DNA of 64,000 nucleotides from Candidatus Binatia bacterium (GTDB lineage Bacteria; Desulfobacterota; Binatia; UBA9968; JAJDTQ01), in contig OY762897.2 of assembly GCA_963666515.2 (NCBI GenBank), positions 256,001 through 320,000 on the forward strand, read 5' to 3'. The notes beneath the pieces are model-generated. The model had not been told where the DNA came from, did not search any database, and worked only from the letters and a program-made list of their open reading frames with translations. Of the stretch, positions 19,577-29,559 are shown in pieces; the first letter of the stretch is position 1; each line of letters starts with the position of its first letter. Both the position numbers and the translations under genes were made by a program.

Positions 19577-21007
19577 TCAGCCGTTGTCGCGAATCGCGTC
19601 GACGTCGTCGGGATCGGGCATGAGCATGAACTCGGGATAGGCCTCGATGCCGAGCTCCCCGGCGTCCTGGCCGAGCTCTTCGACCGAGTACGAGACCCGC
19701 GCTCCCATGACCTGCTTCAGGCCCATCCACACGAGCCACGAGACCGCGAACGCGAACACGCCGATGGCGACGATGCCCAGAAGCTGGACGCCCAGGTGGC
19801 CGCCGGCCACGATGCACGTCGCCAGGGTCCCCCAGATGCCCGCGAACAGGTGCACCGGGATCGCGCCCACCACGTCGTCCACCTTGAGCACGTCCAGCAG
19901 CCTCAACCCGGCCACGCAGATGCCGCCGCCGACCGCGCCGATGATCACCGCCCAGTAGTGGGCGACGAAGTCGGGTCCGGCGGTGATGGACACCAGGCCC
20001 GCCAAGGCGCCGTTGAGCCCGGCCATCAGGTCGATCCGTCCGAGCAGGGGCCGCTCGATGACGAGGGCGACCAGGAATCCGGCGGCGCCGGCCAGGTTGG
20101 TGTTGACCAGGATGTGGCTGATGGCCACCGCGTCCGCGGCCCCGCCCAGGGCCAGTTGCGAGCCGCCGTTGAAACCGAACCACCCCAGCCACAGGATGAA
20201 CACCCCCAGGGTGACGATGGGGATGTTGGAGGGCGGCGTGGTCTTGACGCTGCCGTCGGCACGGAACTTGCCGCGCCGGGCCCCCACCACGATGGCCCCC
20301 GCCAGGGCCGCCCAGCCGCCGGTGGAATGGACGATGGTGGAGCCGGCGAAGTCCTTGAAGCCCATGGCGCCCAGCCATCCGCCGCCCCAGGTCCAGGCGC
20401 CGACGATGGGATAGAGGATGCCCGTCAGAAGAGCGACGAACACGAAGAAGGTCCAGAGCTTCACCCGCTCGGCCAGAGTGCCGGAAACGATGGACGCGGT
20501 GGTGGCCACGAACACCATCTGGAAGAACCAGTCCGACATGGTCGCGTAGTCGGACGACTTGAGGACGGCTTCCGCCGCCGCCGCCTTCGTCTTGTCGTCG
20601 GCGGCCATCAGGGCGATCTCTTCAGCGGTAGGGCCGTAGAGGGGGGTGAAGCTGCCGATCACGCTGCCGACGTCCACGTACATCAGGTTGTAGCCGATGA
20701 AGAAGTACATGATCCCGGCGATGGCGTAGAGGCCCATGTTCTTGAGGCAGATCATGGAGACGTTCTTCGTGCGCACGGAGCCCGACTCCAGCATGGTGAA
20801 GCCCGCGCACATCCACATCACGAGGGCGCCCCAGATGAGGAAGGAGAACGTGTTCAGGACGAATTGCGCCTCCTTGTCCAGGGCCGCCTCCGCTGCCGTG
20901 GCGAGCCAGAAAAAGCCCAACGCCGCCGCCAGCACTCCCGCGACGGCCAGACGGCCGAAGCGCCCGCCGAGGCCGGCAACCTTCGTGGAAAAGCCGTAAT
21001 CCCTCAT
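19577..21007 (-). CDS. amtB: ammonium transporter
   Basis: FFQMVF, DFAGSTIVH, GWFGFNGGS, DDVVGAIPVH (both pore His present). Confidence 0.95.
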   Translation of the reverse strand: MRDYGFSTKVAGLGGRFGRLAVAGVLAAALGFFWLATAAEAALDKEAQFVLNTFSFLIWGALVMWMCAGFTMLESGSVRTKNVSMICLKNMGLYAIAGIMYFFIGYNLMYVDVGSVIGSFTPLYGPTAEEIALMAADDKTKAAAAEAVLKSSDYATMSDWFFQMVFVATTASIVSGTLAERVKLWTFFVFVALLTGILYPIVGAWTWGGGWLGAMGFKDFAGSTIVHSTGGWAALAGAIVVGARRGKFRADGSVKTTPPSNIPIVTLGVFILWLGWFGFNGGSQLALGGAADAVAISHILVNTNLAGAAGFLVALVIERPLLGRIDLMAGLNGALAGLVSITAGPDFVAHYWAVIIGAVGGGICVAGLRLLDVLKVDDVVGAIPVHLFAGIWGTLATCIVAGGHLGVQLLGIVAIGVFAFAVSWLVWMGLKQVMGARVSYSVEELGQDAGELGIEAYPEFMLMPDPDDVDAIRDNG

Positions 21008-21046
21008 GTCTGCGGTACCTCCGGTTTCATCGATTCGGGGAACCCA

Positions 21047-22462
21047 CTAGATGTGGAAGTAGTGGAAGAACTCCGCCGGGACGGGGTGGAGAAAGACGTC
21101 CCTCGATTCCTGCTCCTTGAACGCGATGTAGTGGTCGATGACGTCCTGCGTGAAGACGCCGCCTTCCAGCAGGTAGTCGTGGTCCGCGCCGAGAGCCGCC
21201 ACCGCTTCCTCCATGGAGGTGGGGACGGAAGGAATGCCGGCGGCCTCCTCGGCGGAGAGCTCGTAGATGTCCGTGTCGGTGGGGTCGCCCGGATCGATGC
21301 GGTTGCGGATGCCGTCGAGGCCCGCCATCAGCATGGCCGAGAAGGCCAGGTAGGTGTTGGCGGACGGATCGGGGGGGCGGAACTCGATGCGCTTGCTGGC
21401 CGCCGAGGTCTCGTAGGTGGGGATGCGGACCGCGGCGGAGCGGTTGCGCGCCGAGTAGGCCAGGTAGACCGGCGCCTCGAAGCCCGGCACCAGGCGCTTG
21501 TAGGAATTGGTCGTGGGGGCGCAGAAGGCCAGCAGCGACGGGCTGTGCCTCAGCAGGCCGCCGATGTAGTGGCGCGCCAGCTCCGACAACTCCGCGTAGC
21601 CGCCGGCGTCGTAGAAGAGCGGCGTGTCGCCCAGCCACAGCGACTGGTGCACGTGCATGCCGCTGCCGTTGTCCCCGAACAGGGGCTTGGGCATGAACGT
21701 CGCCGTCTTGCCGTGGGTCCTGGCGACGTTGCGGACGATGTGCTTGTACCACTGGGTCTCGTCAGCCTTCCGGCGCAGGGTCTGGAAGCGGGTGGCGATT
21801 TCGCCCTGGCCGCCCGTGGCCACCTCGTGGTGATGGACCTCGAAGTCCATGCCCACCTGCCCCATCTTCTCCGCCATCTCCCAGCGCAGGTTGGCGAGTT
21901 GGTCGAACGGCGGAACGGGCGAATAGCCCTGCTTGGGCGGGATCTTGTAGCCGAGGTTGCGGTCATCCTCCTCCCGGCCCGAGTTCCAGTCGGCCTCGTC
22001 CGAGTCGACGACGTGGAAGGACGAGTTGGGCTTGAGGCCGAAGCGCACGTTCTCGAGCACGAAGAACTCCAGCTCCGGGCCGAAGAACGCCTGATCGGCG
22101 ATGCCGGAGGCGATCAGGTGGGCCTCCGCCTTGGTGGCCACGTGGCGCGGGTCGCGCGTGTAGCGGTCGCCGTTGACCGGGTCCACGACGTCACAGATGA
22201 TCTTGAGGGACGGTTCCGGCTCCACCGGATCGATGCGGGCGGTGTCGAGGTCCGGGACCAGCAGCATGTCGGACTGGTCGATGGACTGGAAGCCCCGCAG
22301 GCTGGAGCCGTCGAACCCCTGACCGCGCTCGACGAGGCTCTCCTTCACCTTGGACGGCGGTATCGAGAAGTGTTGCCAGCGGCCGATGAGATCGGTGACG
22401 AGCAGGTCCACCCGCCGCACGTCATTGTCCGAGATCAGTTTCTGCACATCCGCGAGCGTCAT
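21047..22462 (-). CDS. glnA: glutamine synthetase type I
   Basis: FDGSSLRG, HHEVATGGQGEI, TFMPKP, GSGMHVHQS, NSYKRLVPGFEAP, RNRSA, IEFR; adenylylation-site-like DIYEL. Confidence 0.97.
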   Translation of the reverse strand: MTLADVQKLISDNDVRRVDLLVTDLIGRWQHFSIPPSKVKESLVERGQGFDGSSLRGFQSIDQSDMLLVPDLDTARIDPVEPEPSLKIICDVVDPVNGDRYTRDPRHVATKAEAHLIASGIADQAFFGPELEFFVLENVRFGLKPNSSFHVVDSDEADWNSGREEDDRNLGYKIPPKQGYSPVPPFDQLANLRWEMAEKMGQVGMDFEVHHHEVATGGQGEIATRFQTLRRKADETQWYKHIVRNVARTHGKTATFMPKPLFGDNGSGMHVHQSLWLGDTPLFYDAGGYAELSELARHYIGGLLRHSPSLLAFCAPTTNSYKRLVPGFEAPVYLAYSARNRSAAVRIPTYETSAASKRIEFRPPDPSANTYLAFSAMLMAGLDGIRNRIDPGDPTDTDIYELSAEEAAGIPSVPTSMEEAVAALGADHDYLLEGGVFTQDVIDHYIAFKEQESRDVFLHPVPAEFFHYFHI

Positions 22463-22611
22463 GATGCATGCCCTCCTTGAAGTCGTTGACCGAAAAACCG
22501 GATTGATATCATATCCTTATCATTATCGTATCATAGCGGATATGTGAACCTGGGCCGAAGCCCCGACGCGAATCAGGTTGAAATCGACCCTTCGAGCCGG
22601 CGGACAGCTCG

Positions 22612-23469
22612 CTACGGGCTCCCGACCCGCTCGATGGCCACCTCGGTTTCGAGGACCGAGCCGGAGGCGCCGCGAAAGATGCCCCGGGTCGGCGGGACGT
22701 CGGCGTAGTCCCGCCCCACCGCCACCCGGACGTGACGTTCGTCTCCCTCGGTGTCGTTGGTGGGGTCGAACCCGACCCAGCCGATGCCCGGAAACCAGCA
22801 CTCCACCCATGCGTGGCTCTCGCATTCCGCCACGCCTTCCTCGGGAGGCCCGAGGTAACCCGACACGTAACGGCACGGGATCCCCCAGCCCCGCAGGATG
22901 GCCGCCATCACGTGAGCGTAGTCCTGGCAGACGCCCCGGCCGGTCTCGAGAATCCTGTCGATGGGTGAATCGACGCGGGTCTCCCCCGGGGCGTACTCGA
23001 ACACCTGGTGAAGCCGGGTACAGAGATCCCGGGCGCTCACCAGGGGATCGTCTCCCCGCGCGATCTCGCGCATGTCCGTGAACCGCTCCAGGGCCGGGGT
23101 CCAATGGACGAAGCGGCTCGGGTGCACCATCGGCCAAAGCTCGACGCTCTCCACGGCGCGCCGAAGCGACTCCCACGCACCGTGCCCCAACCGCGTGGGC
23201 GTCGACGCCAACGGGCCGACCTCCACGGTGGACCGGGCGGTGACGGCGAAGACGTCGTGGGCGCGGGGGTAGTCCAGGAAATACCCGGTGTTGCCGAACG
23301 GGTCGACGAAGTCGAACAGCGGCCCGTCCGGGTCGGTGACGATGGAGAACTCCCGCACCAACTGGGTACGGTCGCGGGTCGGAGAGACGTAGAGCGTCAT
23401 CACCGACTCCCGCGCCCGCTCGGGGTATCGGAAACGCATGCAGTGCTCGATGTTGTAGGTGACGATCAA
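22612..23469 (-). CDS. transglutaminase-like protein
   Basis: Triad GVCQDYAH / SHAWVE / GFDPTN and VGRDYADV; TTG start overlaps the upstream stop (TTGA). Confidence 0.9.
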   Translation of the reverse strand: MIVTYNIEHCMRFRYPERARESVMTLYVSPTRDRTQLVREFSIVTDPDGPLFDFVDPFGNTGYFLDYPRAHDVFAVTARSTVEVGPLASTPTRLGHGAWESLRRAVESVELWPMVHPSRFVHWTPALERFTDMREIARGDDPLVSARDLCTRLHQVFEYAPGETRVDSPIDRILETGRGVCQDYAHVMAAILRGWGIPCRYVSGYLGPPEEGVAECESHAWVECWFPGIGWVGFDPTNDTEGDERHVRVAVGRDYADVPPTRGIFRGASGSVLETEVAIERVGSP

Positions 23470-24443
23470 GGCACGGCCCCCTCGGCCGGAGAATGGGTCA
23501 CGTAAGCGGCCATGGTCGCGTGGTGAAGCGTCCGGGCGTCGTTCTCCACCGAGCGGAAGAAGTCGCTCGCCACGGTTTCGACGGAAAGGCCCGACGGTTC
23601 CGTTTCGACCGCGGCGGTGAGGCGCAGCGCCGTCCGTTGGGGCGGCGCCAGGGGGTAACGGGCGCCCACCGGGTCGATGCCCGCCAGCAACTCTTCGATG
23701 CGCTGGAGCGAGAAGCGCAACGAGCGCGGAAGTTCGGGGTCCTGGGTCAGCAGGCCGAGGGCTTCCTTTCGTTCGACGTCGGTGGAATGACGGCGGCAAT
23801 AGACTTCATAAGCGCCGCACACCCGCAGAAGGGCAGCCCACGAGAGCCCGCCGGCGGTCCGGTCTTCGGCGCCGAACTCGACCCAGGAGGCGAGCAGCGC
23901 GGCCTGATGCTGGACCCGTTCGGTGAACCGGCCCAGCTCCAGGAAACGCCACGAGTCGTCCCGCGGCATGACGTCCTCCACCACGCCGGCGAACATTCGC
24001 AGCCGGTCGATGGCCTCGTTCACCAGGGCGGCCGGCGCCTTGGCCCAGGCCGTGCTGAAGTCGGTGTCCCGCACCCAGAGGTAACCCTGGTTGAGACACG
24101 TCCACACGGACAGCGGCAACTGGGCGCGCACGCGCTGGCCGTTCTCCCGCGCCGACTCCCAGCACGAGACCACGGAGTCCGGATTCGATCGCTCTTCCAC
24201 CAGGTTGCCGGCCAGCGTGTAGGCGTCCGGTATCACCACCGCTTCGGCTTCGTCGCCGTTCGCGGCCGTCGCCACCGGAGGCTGGCCGAGGATGCGGTAC
24301 ACCGCCTGCCAGCCGAGGTTCAGCTCCTCCGCCGGGCACTCGGCGAGACGGGTGAGCTGGAACCGGAGAAGACGCGCCGTGTGCTCGATGCGCTCGACGT
24401 GGCGGCCCAGCCAATAGAACTCCGCGGCGACCCGTGCCAACAT
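23466..24443 (-). CDS. alpha-E domain protein (DUF403)
   Basis: MLARVAAEFYWLGRHVER, ARENGQRVR, FLELGRFTER, LPRSLRF (two ER motifs). Confidence 0.9.
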   Translation of the reverse strand: MLARVAAEFYWLGRHVERIEHTARLLRFQLTRLAECPAEELNLGWQAVYRILGQPPVATAANGDEAEAVVIPDAYTLAGNLVEERSNPDSVVSCWESARENGQRVRAQLPLSVWTCLNQGYLWVRDTDFSTAWAKAPAALVNEAIDRLRMFAGVVEDVMPRDDSWRFLELGRFTERVQHQAALLASWVEFGAEDRTAGGLSWAALLRVCGAYEVYCRRHSTDVERKEALGLLTQDPELPRSLRFSLQRIEELLAGIDPVGARYPLAPPQRTALRLTAAVETEPSGLSVETVASDFFRSVENDARTLHHATMAAYVTHSPAEGAVP

Positions 24444-24453
24444 GCCCCGAACC

Positions 24454-25914
24454 TCAGTCCTCCAGCACCCACAGGTCCTTGCAGCCCCCGCCCTGGCTGG
24501 AATTGACCACCAGGCTGCCGCGCCGAAGCGCCACGCGGCACAGCCCGCCGGGCACCACGTGCTGCTCGTCGCGTCCTTGCAGCACGAAGGGGCGAAGGTC
24601 CACGTGACGCGGCTCGATGGCGCCGCCGACGAAGCACGGGGCGCGGGACAGGGCCAGCACCGGCTGCGAGATGAAGTTGGCCGGATCGGCGCGCAGCCGT
24701 TCGGCGTAGCGGGCGCGCTCGTCCGCGGACGCGTGGGGGCCCACCAGCATCCCGTAGCCGCCGGCGCCGCCGACCTCCTTCACCACCAACTCGTCGAGAT
24801 GCTCCAGGGTGTAGGCGAGCCCGTCGGGTTCCCGGCAAAGATGAGTCTCGACGTTGGCCAGTATCGGATCTTCGTCGAGAAAGTAACGGATGATGGCCGG
24901 CACGTAGGAGTACAGGCTCTTGTCGTCGGCCACGCCGGTGCCGGGAGCGTTGGCCAGCACGAGGTTGCCCGCCCGGTACGCGTGGAAGAGCCCCGCGGCT
25001 CCCAGGATCGAGTCGCCGCGGAACAGGACCGGGTCGAGGAAGTCGTCGTCGATGCGCCGGTAGAGCACGTCCACGCGCCGCAGCCCCGCGGTGGTGCGTG
25101 CGTGCAGCGCGCCGTCGCGCAGGACCAGGTCCTGTCCTTCCACCAGGTCGACGCCCATTTCGCCGGCGAGAAAGGCGTGTTCGTAGTACGCGGAGTTGTG
25201 CATGCCGGGGGTCAGGATCGCGACGTGCGGGTCCTGCATCGACGGGCGGAGCGAGGCGAGCGTGGAGTACAGGCGCTCGGCGTACTCCGCGACCTCGCGG
25301 ACCCGATGCGCCCGGTAAAGACGCGGGAACGCGTCCTTGATGGCGTTGCGGCAGGCGAGCATGTAGGAGACGCCGGAGGGGACCCGCAGGTTGTCTTCGA
25401 GGACGGCGAAGCCGTCGTGGGTGCGCACGATGTCGGTGCCGCACACGGCCACGTAGACGTCGTGCGGCACCTTCAGGCCGCGCATTTCCATGCGGTATTG
25501 CGGGCAGCCGAGCACCAGGTCGATGGGCACGACCTTGTCCCGAAGGCAGCGGCCCTCGTGGTAGACGTCCTTGAGGAACAGGTTCAACGCCGCCAGGCGT
25601 TGCTTGAGGCCACGTTCGATGCGCCGCCAGTCGGCCGCGGTCACGACCCTGGGCACGCAGTCGATGGGGATGATCTGCTCGGTGACGGTGTCGGCGTCGA
25701 GGACCGTGAAGGTGATGCCTTCGTGCAGGAAGTGCCGGTAGACGCCGTCCTGAAGCCGGGTCAGGTCCTCGGAGTCGAGCTTTGCCAGCGCCCCGTTGAG
25801 GCGTTCGCATGCCGTGCGCGGACGCCCGTCCGCGGCAAACATTTCATCGTAGTAGGCGGGATCCAGGTCGTAGTCCCCGAAGACGCCTCCATCCGCTGCA
25901 TGAACTTGGGGCAC
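24454..25914 (-). CDS. circularly permuted type 2 ATP-grasp protein
   Basis: YDEMF, EDNLRVPSGVSY, YRRIDDDFLDP, NAPGTGVADDK, VVNSSQGGGCKD; GTG 25914 with GGAGG RBS. Confidence 0.92.
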   Translation of the reverse strand: MPQVHAADGGVFGDYDLDPAYYDEMFAADGRPRTACERLNGALAKLDSEDLTRLQDGVYRHFLHEGITFTVLDADTVTEQIIPIDCVPRVVTAADWRRIERGLKQRLAALNLFLKDVYHEGRCLRDKVVPIDLVLGCPQYRMEMRGLKVPHDVYVAVCGTDIVRTHDGFAVLEDNLRVPSGVSYMLACRNAIKDAFPRLYRAHRVREVAEYAERLYSTLASLRPSMQDPHVAILTPGMHNSAYYEHAFLAGEMGVDLVEGQDLVLRDGALHARTTAGLRRVDVLYRRIDDDFLDPVLFRGDSILGAAGLFHAYRAGNLVLANAPGTGVADDKSLYSYVPAIIRYFLDEDPILANVETHLCREPDGLAYTLEHLDELVVKEVGGAGGYGMLVGPHASADERARYAERLRADPANFISQPVLALSRAPCFVGGAIEPRHVDLRPFVLQGRDEQHVVPGGLCRVALRRGSLVVNSSQGGGCKDLWVLED

Positions 25915-25928
25915 AACGCCTCCGGACG

Positions 25929-26004
<76 letters not shown>

Positions 26005-26066
26005 ACGCTCGGAAATCGAAGCGGTTGTCGATCGGTGAACGATGCCGAACCGCCGGATGATGCTCC

Positions 26067-26096
26067 AGCATAGCGGATGGACCGGCTGGCTGGCAA
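26067..26096 (-). promoter_or_regulatory. sigma70-like promoter upstream of tRNA-Ala
   Basis: Minus strand TTGCCA-N18-TATGCT. Confidence 0.5.
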
Positions 26097-26141
26097 GGGC
26101 CGCTTTCCCTTTCCCTCCGGGTGAGGGTCTCCGATGGGCTC

Positions 26142-27854
26142 CTACGCCGGGCGGCTGCGCTCGTTGGCCTTCAGCATCTCGGCGGCGTGGCGTTCCGCCT
26201 GAGCGGTGACCTCGGCGCCGCCGAGCATGCGCGCCAGCTCCCGGACACGCTCCGCCTCGTCGAGCTTTCGCACCGTGGTGAAGGTCCTGCCTTTCAGCAC
26301 CTGCTTCTCCACCACGTAGTGGGAGTCCGCCAGCGCCGCGATGGGGGCCAAGTGCGTGACGCACAGCACCTGGTGGGCTTGGGCCACCGCCGCCAGCTTC
26401 TTCCCGACCATCTCGGCCACCTTGCCGCCGATGCCGGCGTCGACCTCGTCGAACAGCAGGGTCGGAATTCCGCTGCGGGTCAGGACCAGCGACTTGATCG
26501 CCAGCATGAGCCGCGACAGCTCGCCGCCCGAGGCGATCCGGGCCAGGGGCCGCGCGGACTCCCCGGGGTTGGGCGAGAAGTAGAACTCGGGGTCGTCGAT
26601 GCCGTCCGCGCCGATCCGGGCGCCGCCCATGGCGAAGGGAGGATCGTCCCGCGCCGGGTCGCGGTCGTGGAACCTCACCTCGAACGTGGTGTGGGGGAGT
26701 CCGATGTCGCGGACTTCCCGCTCCAGCCGCGTCTTCAGGGTCTTGGCCGCGCGTCTCCGCGCCCGCGACAGTTCCTCCGCGGTCTTCCAGGCCGCATCCC
26801 GCGCCGTCTCGAAGCGCCGGGTGAGGTCGGCGAGCTGTTCCTCGCCGGCCTCGAGCGACGCGAGCTGTTCCCCCGCGGTCACGGCCAGCGCCAGGATCTC
26901 TTCCACCGGCATCCGGTATTTCCGCTTCAGGCGATGGATCTCGGCCAGGCGATCCTCGATGCGCTCCAGTTCCCCGGGGTCGAAGTGCAGCCGGTCGGCG
27001 CACTGGCGGATCAGCGCGGTGGCCTCGTCGAGCTGCGCGGCCGACCCTTCGAGCAGCGCCACGGCTTCGGCCAGCGCCGGGTCGATTTCCGCCATCTCCC
27101 GGAGGCGCGGGATGTACCGGCCCAGTTCGCCGGCGACGGCGTTGTCGCCTTCGTAGAGGATCAGCTCGCCTTCCTTGCAGGTCTGGTAGAGCTTCTCGGC
27201 ATGGGCGAAGATCTCCCGTCTGTGCAGCAGCGTCTCTTCCTCTTCCGGATCGAGCTTCGCGTCGGCGATCTCCTCCGCCTGCGCCCGCAGGAGGGCTTCC
27301 TCGCGGGCCTTGTCCGCCAGCTTCTCCTTGAGATCGCACACCCGCTTCCAGGCCGCGGCGAATTCGCCGAACTGCCGTGTCATGGCCGCGGCCTTTTCCT
27401 CGAGCCCGCCGTGGGCGTCCAGCAGCCCCAGGTGACTTTCGGTACGGAGCAGGGTGTGCTGCTCGTGCTGGCCGTAGATGTGGATGAGGCCGGCGCCGAC
27501 GTTGGACAGGACCGACAGGGGGCTCAGGCTCCCGTTCAGATATATCCGGTTGCGGCCGGCGCGGGTGACGACCCGCCTCAGCACCAGCTCGTCGTCGGCG
27601 TCGCAACCCGCGGCCAGCAGGGCGTCGCGCGTGGCCGCGGGAAGGTCCGAGAACTGGGCCTCCACCGCGGCCTCGTCCTCTCCCTCGCGAATGAGGCCGG
27701 ACGAGCCGCGGGCGCCCAGGATGAGGTCCAGGGCAGACAGCACGATGGTCTTGCCGGCGCCGGTCTCGCCCGTGAGGACGTTCAACCCGGGTCCCATCTC
27801 CAGCTCGGCGTGGTCGATGACGGCGATGTTGTCGATGCGCAGCTCTCGCAGCAT
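26142..27854 (-). CDS. recN: DNA repair protein RecN
   Basis: LTGETGAGKT, IYGQHE, IASGGELSR, LFDEVDAG, VTHLAPIAA. Confidence 0.97.
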   Translation of the reverse strand: MLRELRIDNIAVIDHAELEMGPGLNVLTGETGAGKTIVLSALDLILGARGSSGLIREGEDEAAVEAQFSDLPAATRDALLAAGCDADDELVLRRVVTRAGRNRIYLNGSLSPLSVLSNVGAGLIHIYGQHEQHTLLRTESHLGLLDAHGGLEEKAAAMTRQFGEFAAAWKRVCDLKEKLADKAREEALLRAQAEEIADAKLDPEEEETLLHRREIFAHAEKLYQTCKEGELILYEGDNAVAGELGRYIPRLREMAEIDPALAEAVALLEGSAAQLDEATALIRQCADRLHFDPGELERIEDRLAEIHRLKRKYRMPVEEILALAVTAGEQLASLEAGEEQLADLTRRFETARDAAWKTAEELSRARRRAAKTLKTRLEREVRDIGLPHTTFEVRFHDRDPARDDPPFAMGGARIGADGIDDPEFYFSPNPGESARPLARIASGGELSRLMLAIKSLVLTRSGIPTLLFDEVDAGIGGKVAEMVGKKLAAVAQAHQVLCVTHLAPIAALADSHYVVEKQVLKGRTFTTVRKLDEAERVRELARMLGGAEVTAQAERHAAEMLKANERSRPA

Positions 27855-27937
27855 GGGACGACCCTTCGTGTGACGGGTCAGCTTGTATGGACCGAGGGTC
27901 AGGTTATACGGACGCGGGCGGGTTTGAAAACCCGATC

Positions 27938-28789
27938 CTAGCGCTCACCCCACTTGAGCTTGTTGCGAAGCACGTCGAAGTAGGATCGGGTGGGCATCCT
28001 CACGAGCGAAACCGGCGTCTTGTGGCGGCGCACCTCCACCCGGTCGCCGTTGTTGAGCAGAATGCCTTCCTGGCCGTCCGGGATCAGCACCACCGTGTCC
28101 CCGGCGGACTTGAGCGTGGAGCGGATCCTGGCGTCGCTGGCGATGACGATGGGCCGGTTGGTGGTCAGGGTGTGAGGGCAGATGGGGCACAGGATGATGG
28201 CCCCCATGGCGGGATGGAGAATGGGGCCGCCGGCCGCGAGCGAGTAGGCCGTCGACCCGGTCGGGGTGGAGATGATCAGGCCGTCGGCCCTGTAGGTGCA
28301 GAGGTAGTCGCTGCCGACGTAGGTCTCCAGGTCGATGATCTTCGAGCGCGCGCCCTTGGTGATGACCGCGTCGTTGAGAACCCTCAGGTTGCGCACGCCG
28401 TCCTTCCCCGAGATGCTCACGCTCAGGGTCATGCGTTTCTCGATCGTGTAGTTTTCGGAAATGGTGCTGGTGAGCACTTCCTCCAGCTCGTCCAGCACGA
28501 TCTCGGTGATGAAGCCGAGGCCGCCGAGATTGACGCCGACGATGGGCACCTCGGGCCGCTCCACCAGGCGGGCGATGCTCAGCAGCGTGCCGTCTCCCCC
28601 CAGCACGATGATGAGGTCGGCCCGCGCCGCCATCTCCGCCTTGAGAGCTACCCGGCCGCCGGTGGTGCCGAACTCGGCTTCCACCATCACCTCCATGCCG
28701 CGGCCTTCAAGCCACGGTATGGTGGTCCTCATGATCCGCTCGGCCTTCTCCTCCCCGTACTTCGCGACGATTCCGACGGTGTTGACCAT
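27938..28789 (-). CDS. nadK: NAD+ kinase
   Basis: GGDGTLL, LNDAV, DGLIISTPTGSTAYSLAAGGP; recN-adjacent. Confidence 0.96.
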   Translation of the reverse strand: MVNTVGIVAKYGEEKAERIMRTTIPWLEGRGMEVMVEAEFGTTGGRVALKAEMAARADLIIVLGGDGTLLSIARLVERPEVPIVGVNLGGLGFITEIVLDELEEVLTSTISENYTIEKRMTLSVSISGKDGVRNLRVLNDAVITKGARSKIIDLETYVGSDYLCTYRADGLIISTPTGSTAYSLAAGGPILHPAMGAIILCPICPHTLTTNRPIVIASDARIRSTLKSAGDTVVLIPDGQEGILLNNGDRVEVRRHKTPVSLVRMPTRSYFDVLRNKLKWGER

Positions 28790-28874
28790 ATCCCTGCGGG
28801 AGAAGTACCACAGGGGGGAAAAGGATGCCATCTTGACTGGAGCGCTGCCGGCACACAGGCGCAAGGAGGAGATC

Positions 28875-29522
28875 GTGGATGTAGAAGAACTGCTGAAAGT
28901 GATGGCGGCCCGGCGCAGCGTGCGCGTCTACAGGAGCGGGCGGGTCACCGACGAGCAGCTCGACCGGATGTTCGAGGCGGCGCGGCTTGCGCCCTCGGGC
29001 GCCAACAGCCAGCCTTGGGAGTTCGTGGTGACGCGGGACCGGGCGAAGATGAAGCGGGTGCGGAAGATCTACGCCGACGAGTGGAACCAGCGCAAGCTGG
29101 AGGATCCGGTCCACTACAAGGGACTCAAGAAGGACTACGTGGGAGACGTGAGCGCCCTGATCCTGGTATGCGGCGATGTGCGCACCAAGCGGGTGTACCT
29201 CACCACGCGGCAGCCGGCCGACCGGGAGAAGCTGTTCCAGGCCAACGTGGCCAACGCCGTGGAGCACCTGATGCTGGCGGCTGCCAGCATGGGGTTGGGC
29301 ACGGTGTGGGTCTCGGTGCGCAAGGAGGTGGAGCCGGAGTTGCGGGCGCTGTTCCAGGTCCCCAAGGCGCTCCGCCTGCTTTGGGTGGTGCCGGTGGGGC
29401 GGCCCCGGGCCTGGCCCAATGCGAAACCGCGCCGGAAAGTCGAGGATTTCGTGCACCGGGAAACGTACGATGCCGGCAAGCTGCGGCCGGAATCCCGCAT
29501 TCGGGCCTGGCCCAAGTCATAG
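28875..29522 (+). CDS. nitroreductase family protein
   Basis: RRSVRVY, APSGANSQPWEF, LAAASMGLGTVW; GTG with AGGAGG RBS. Confidence 0.9.
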   Translation: MDVEELLKVMAARRSVRVYRSGRVTDEQLDRMFEAARLAPSGANSQPWEFVVTRDRAKMKRVRKIYADEWNQRKLEDPVHYKGLKKDYVGDVSALILVCGDVRTKRVYLTTRQPADREKLFQANVANAVEHLMLAAASMGLGTVWVSVRKEVEPELRALFQVPKALRLLWVVPVGRPRAWPNAKPRRKVEDFVHRETYDAGKLRPESRIRAWPKS

Positions 29523-29559
29523 CGACGCCCCGGGAACCCTTCATCCCCGGCGGTCGGGG

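Noticed and set aside
14030-25928. Integrative element at tRNA-Ala
   Set aside because: No integrase and no duplicated tRNA 3' end (att) found by eye; kept only as a possibility.
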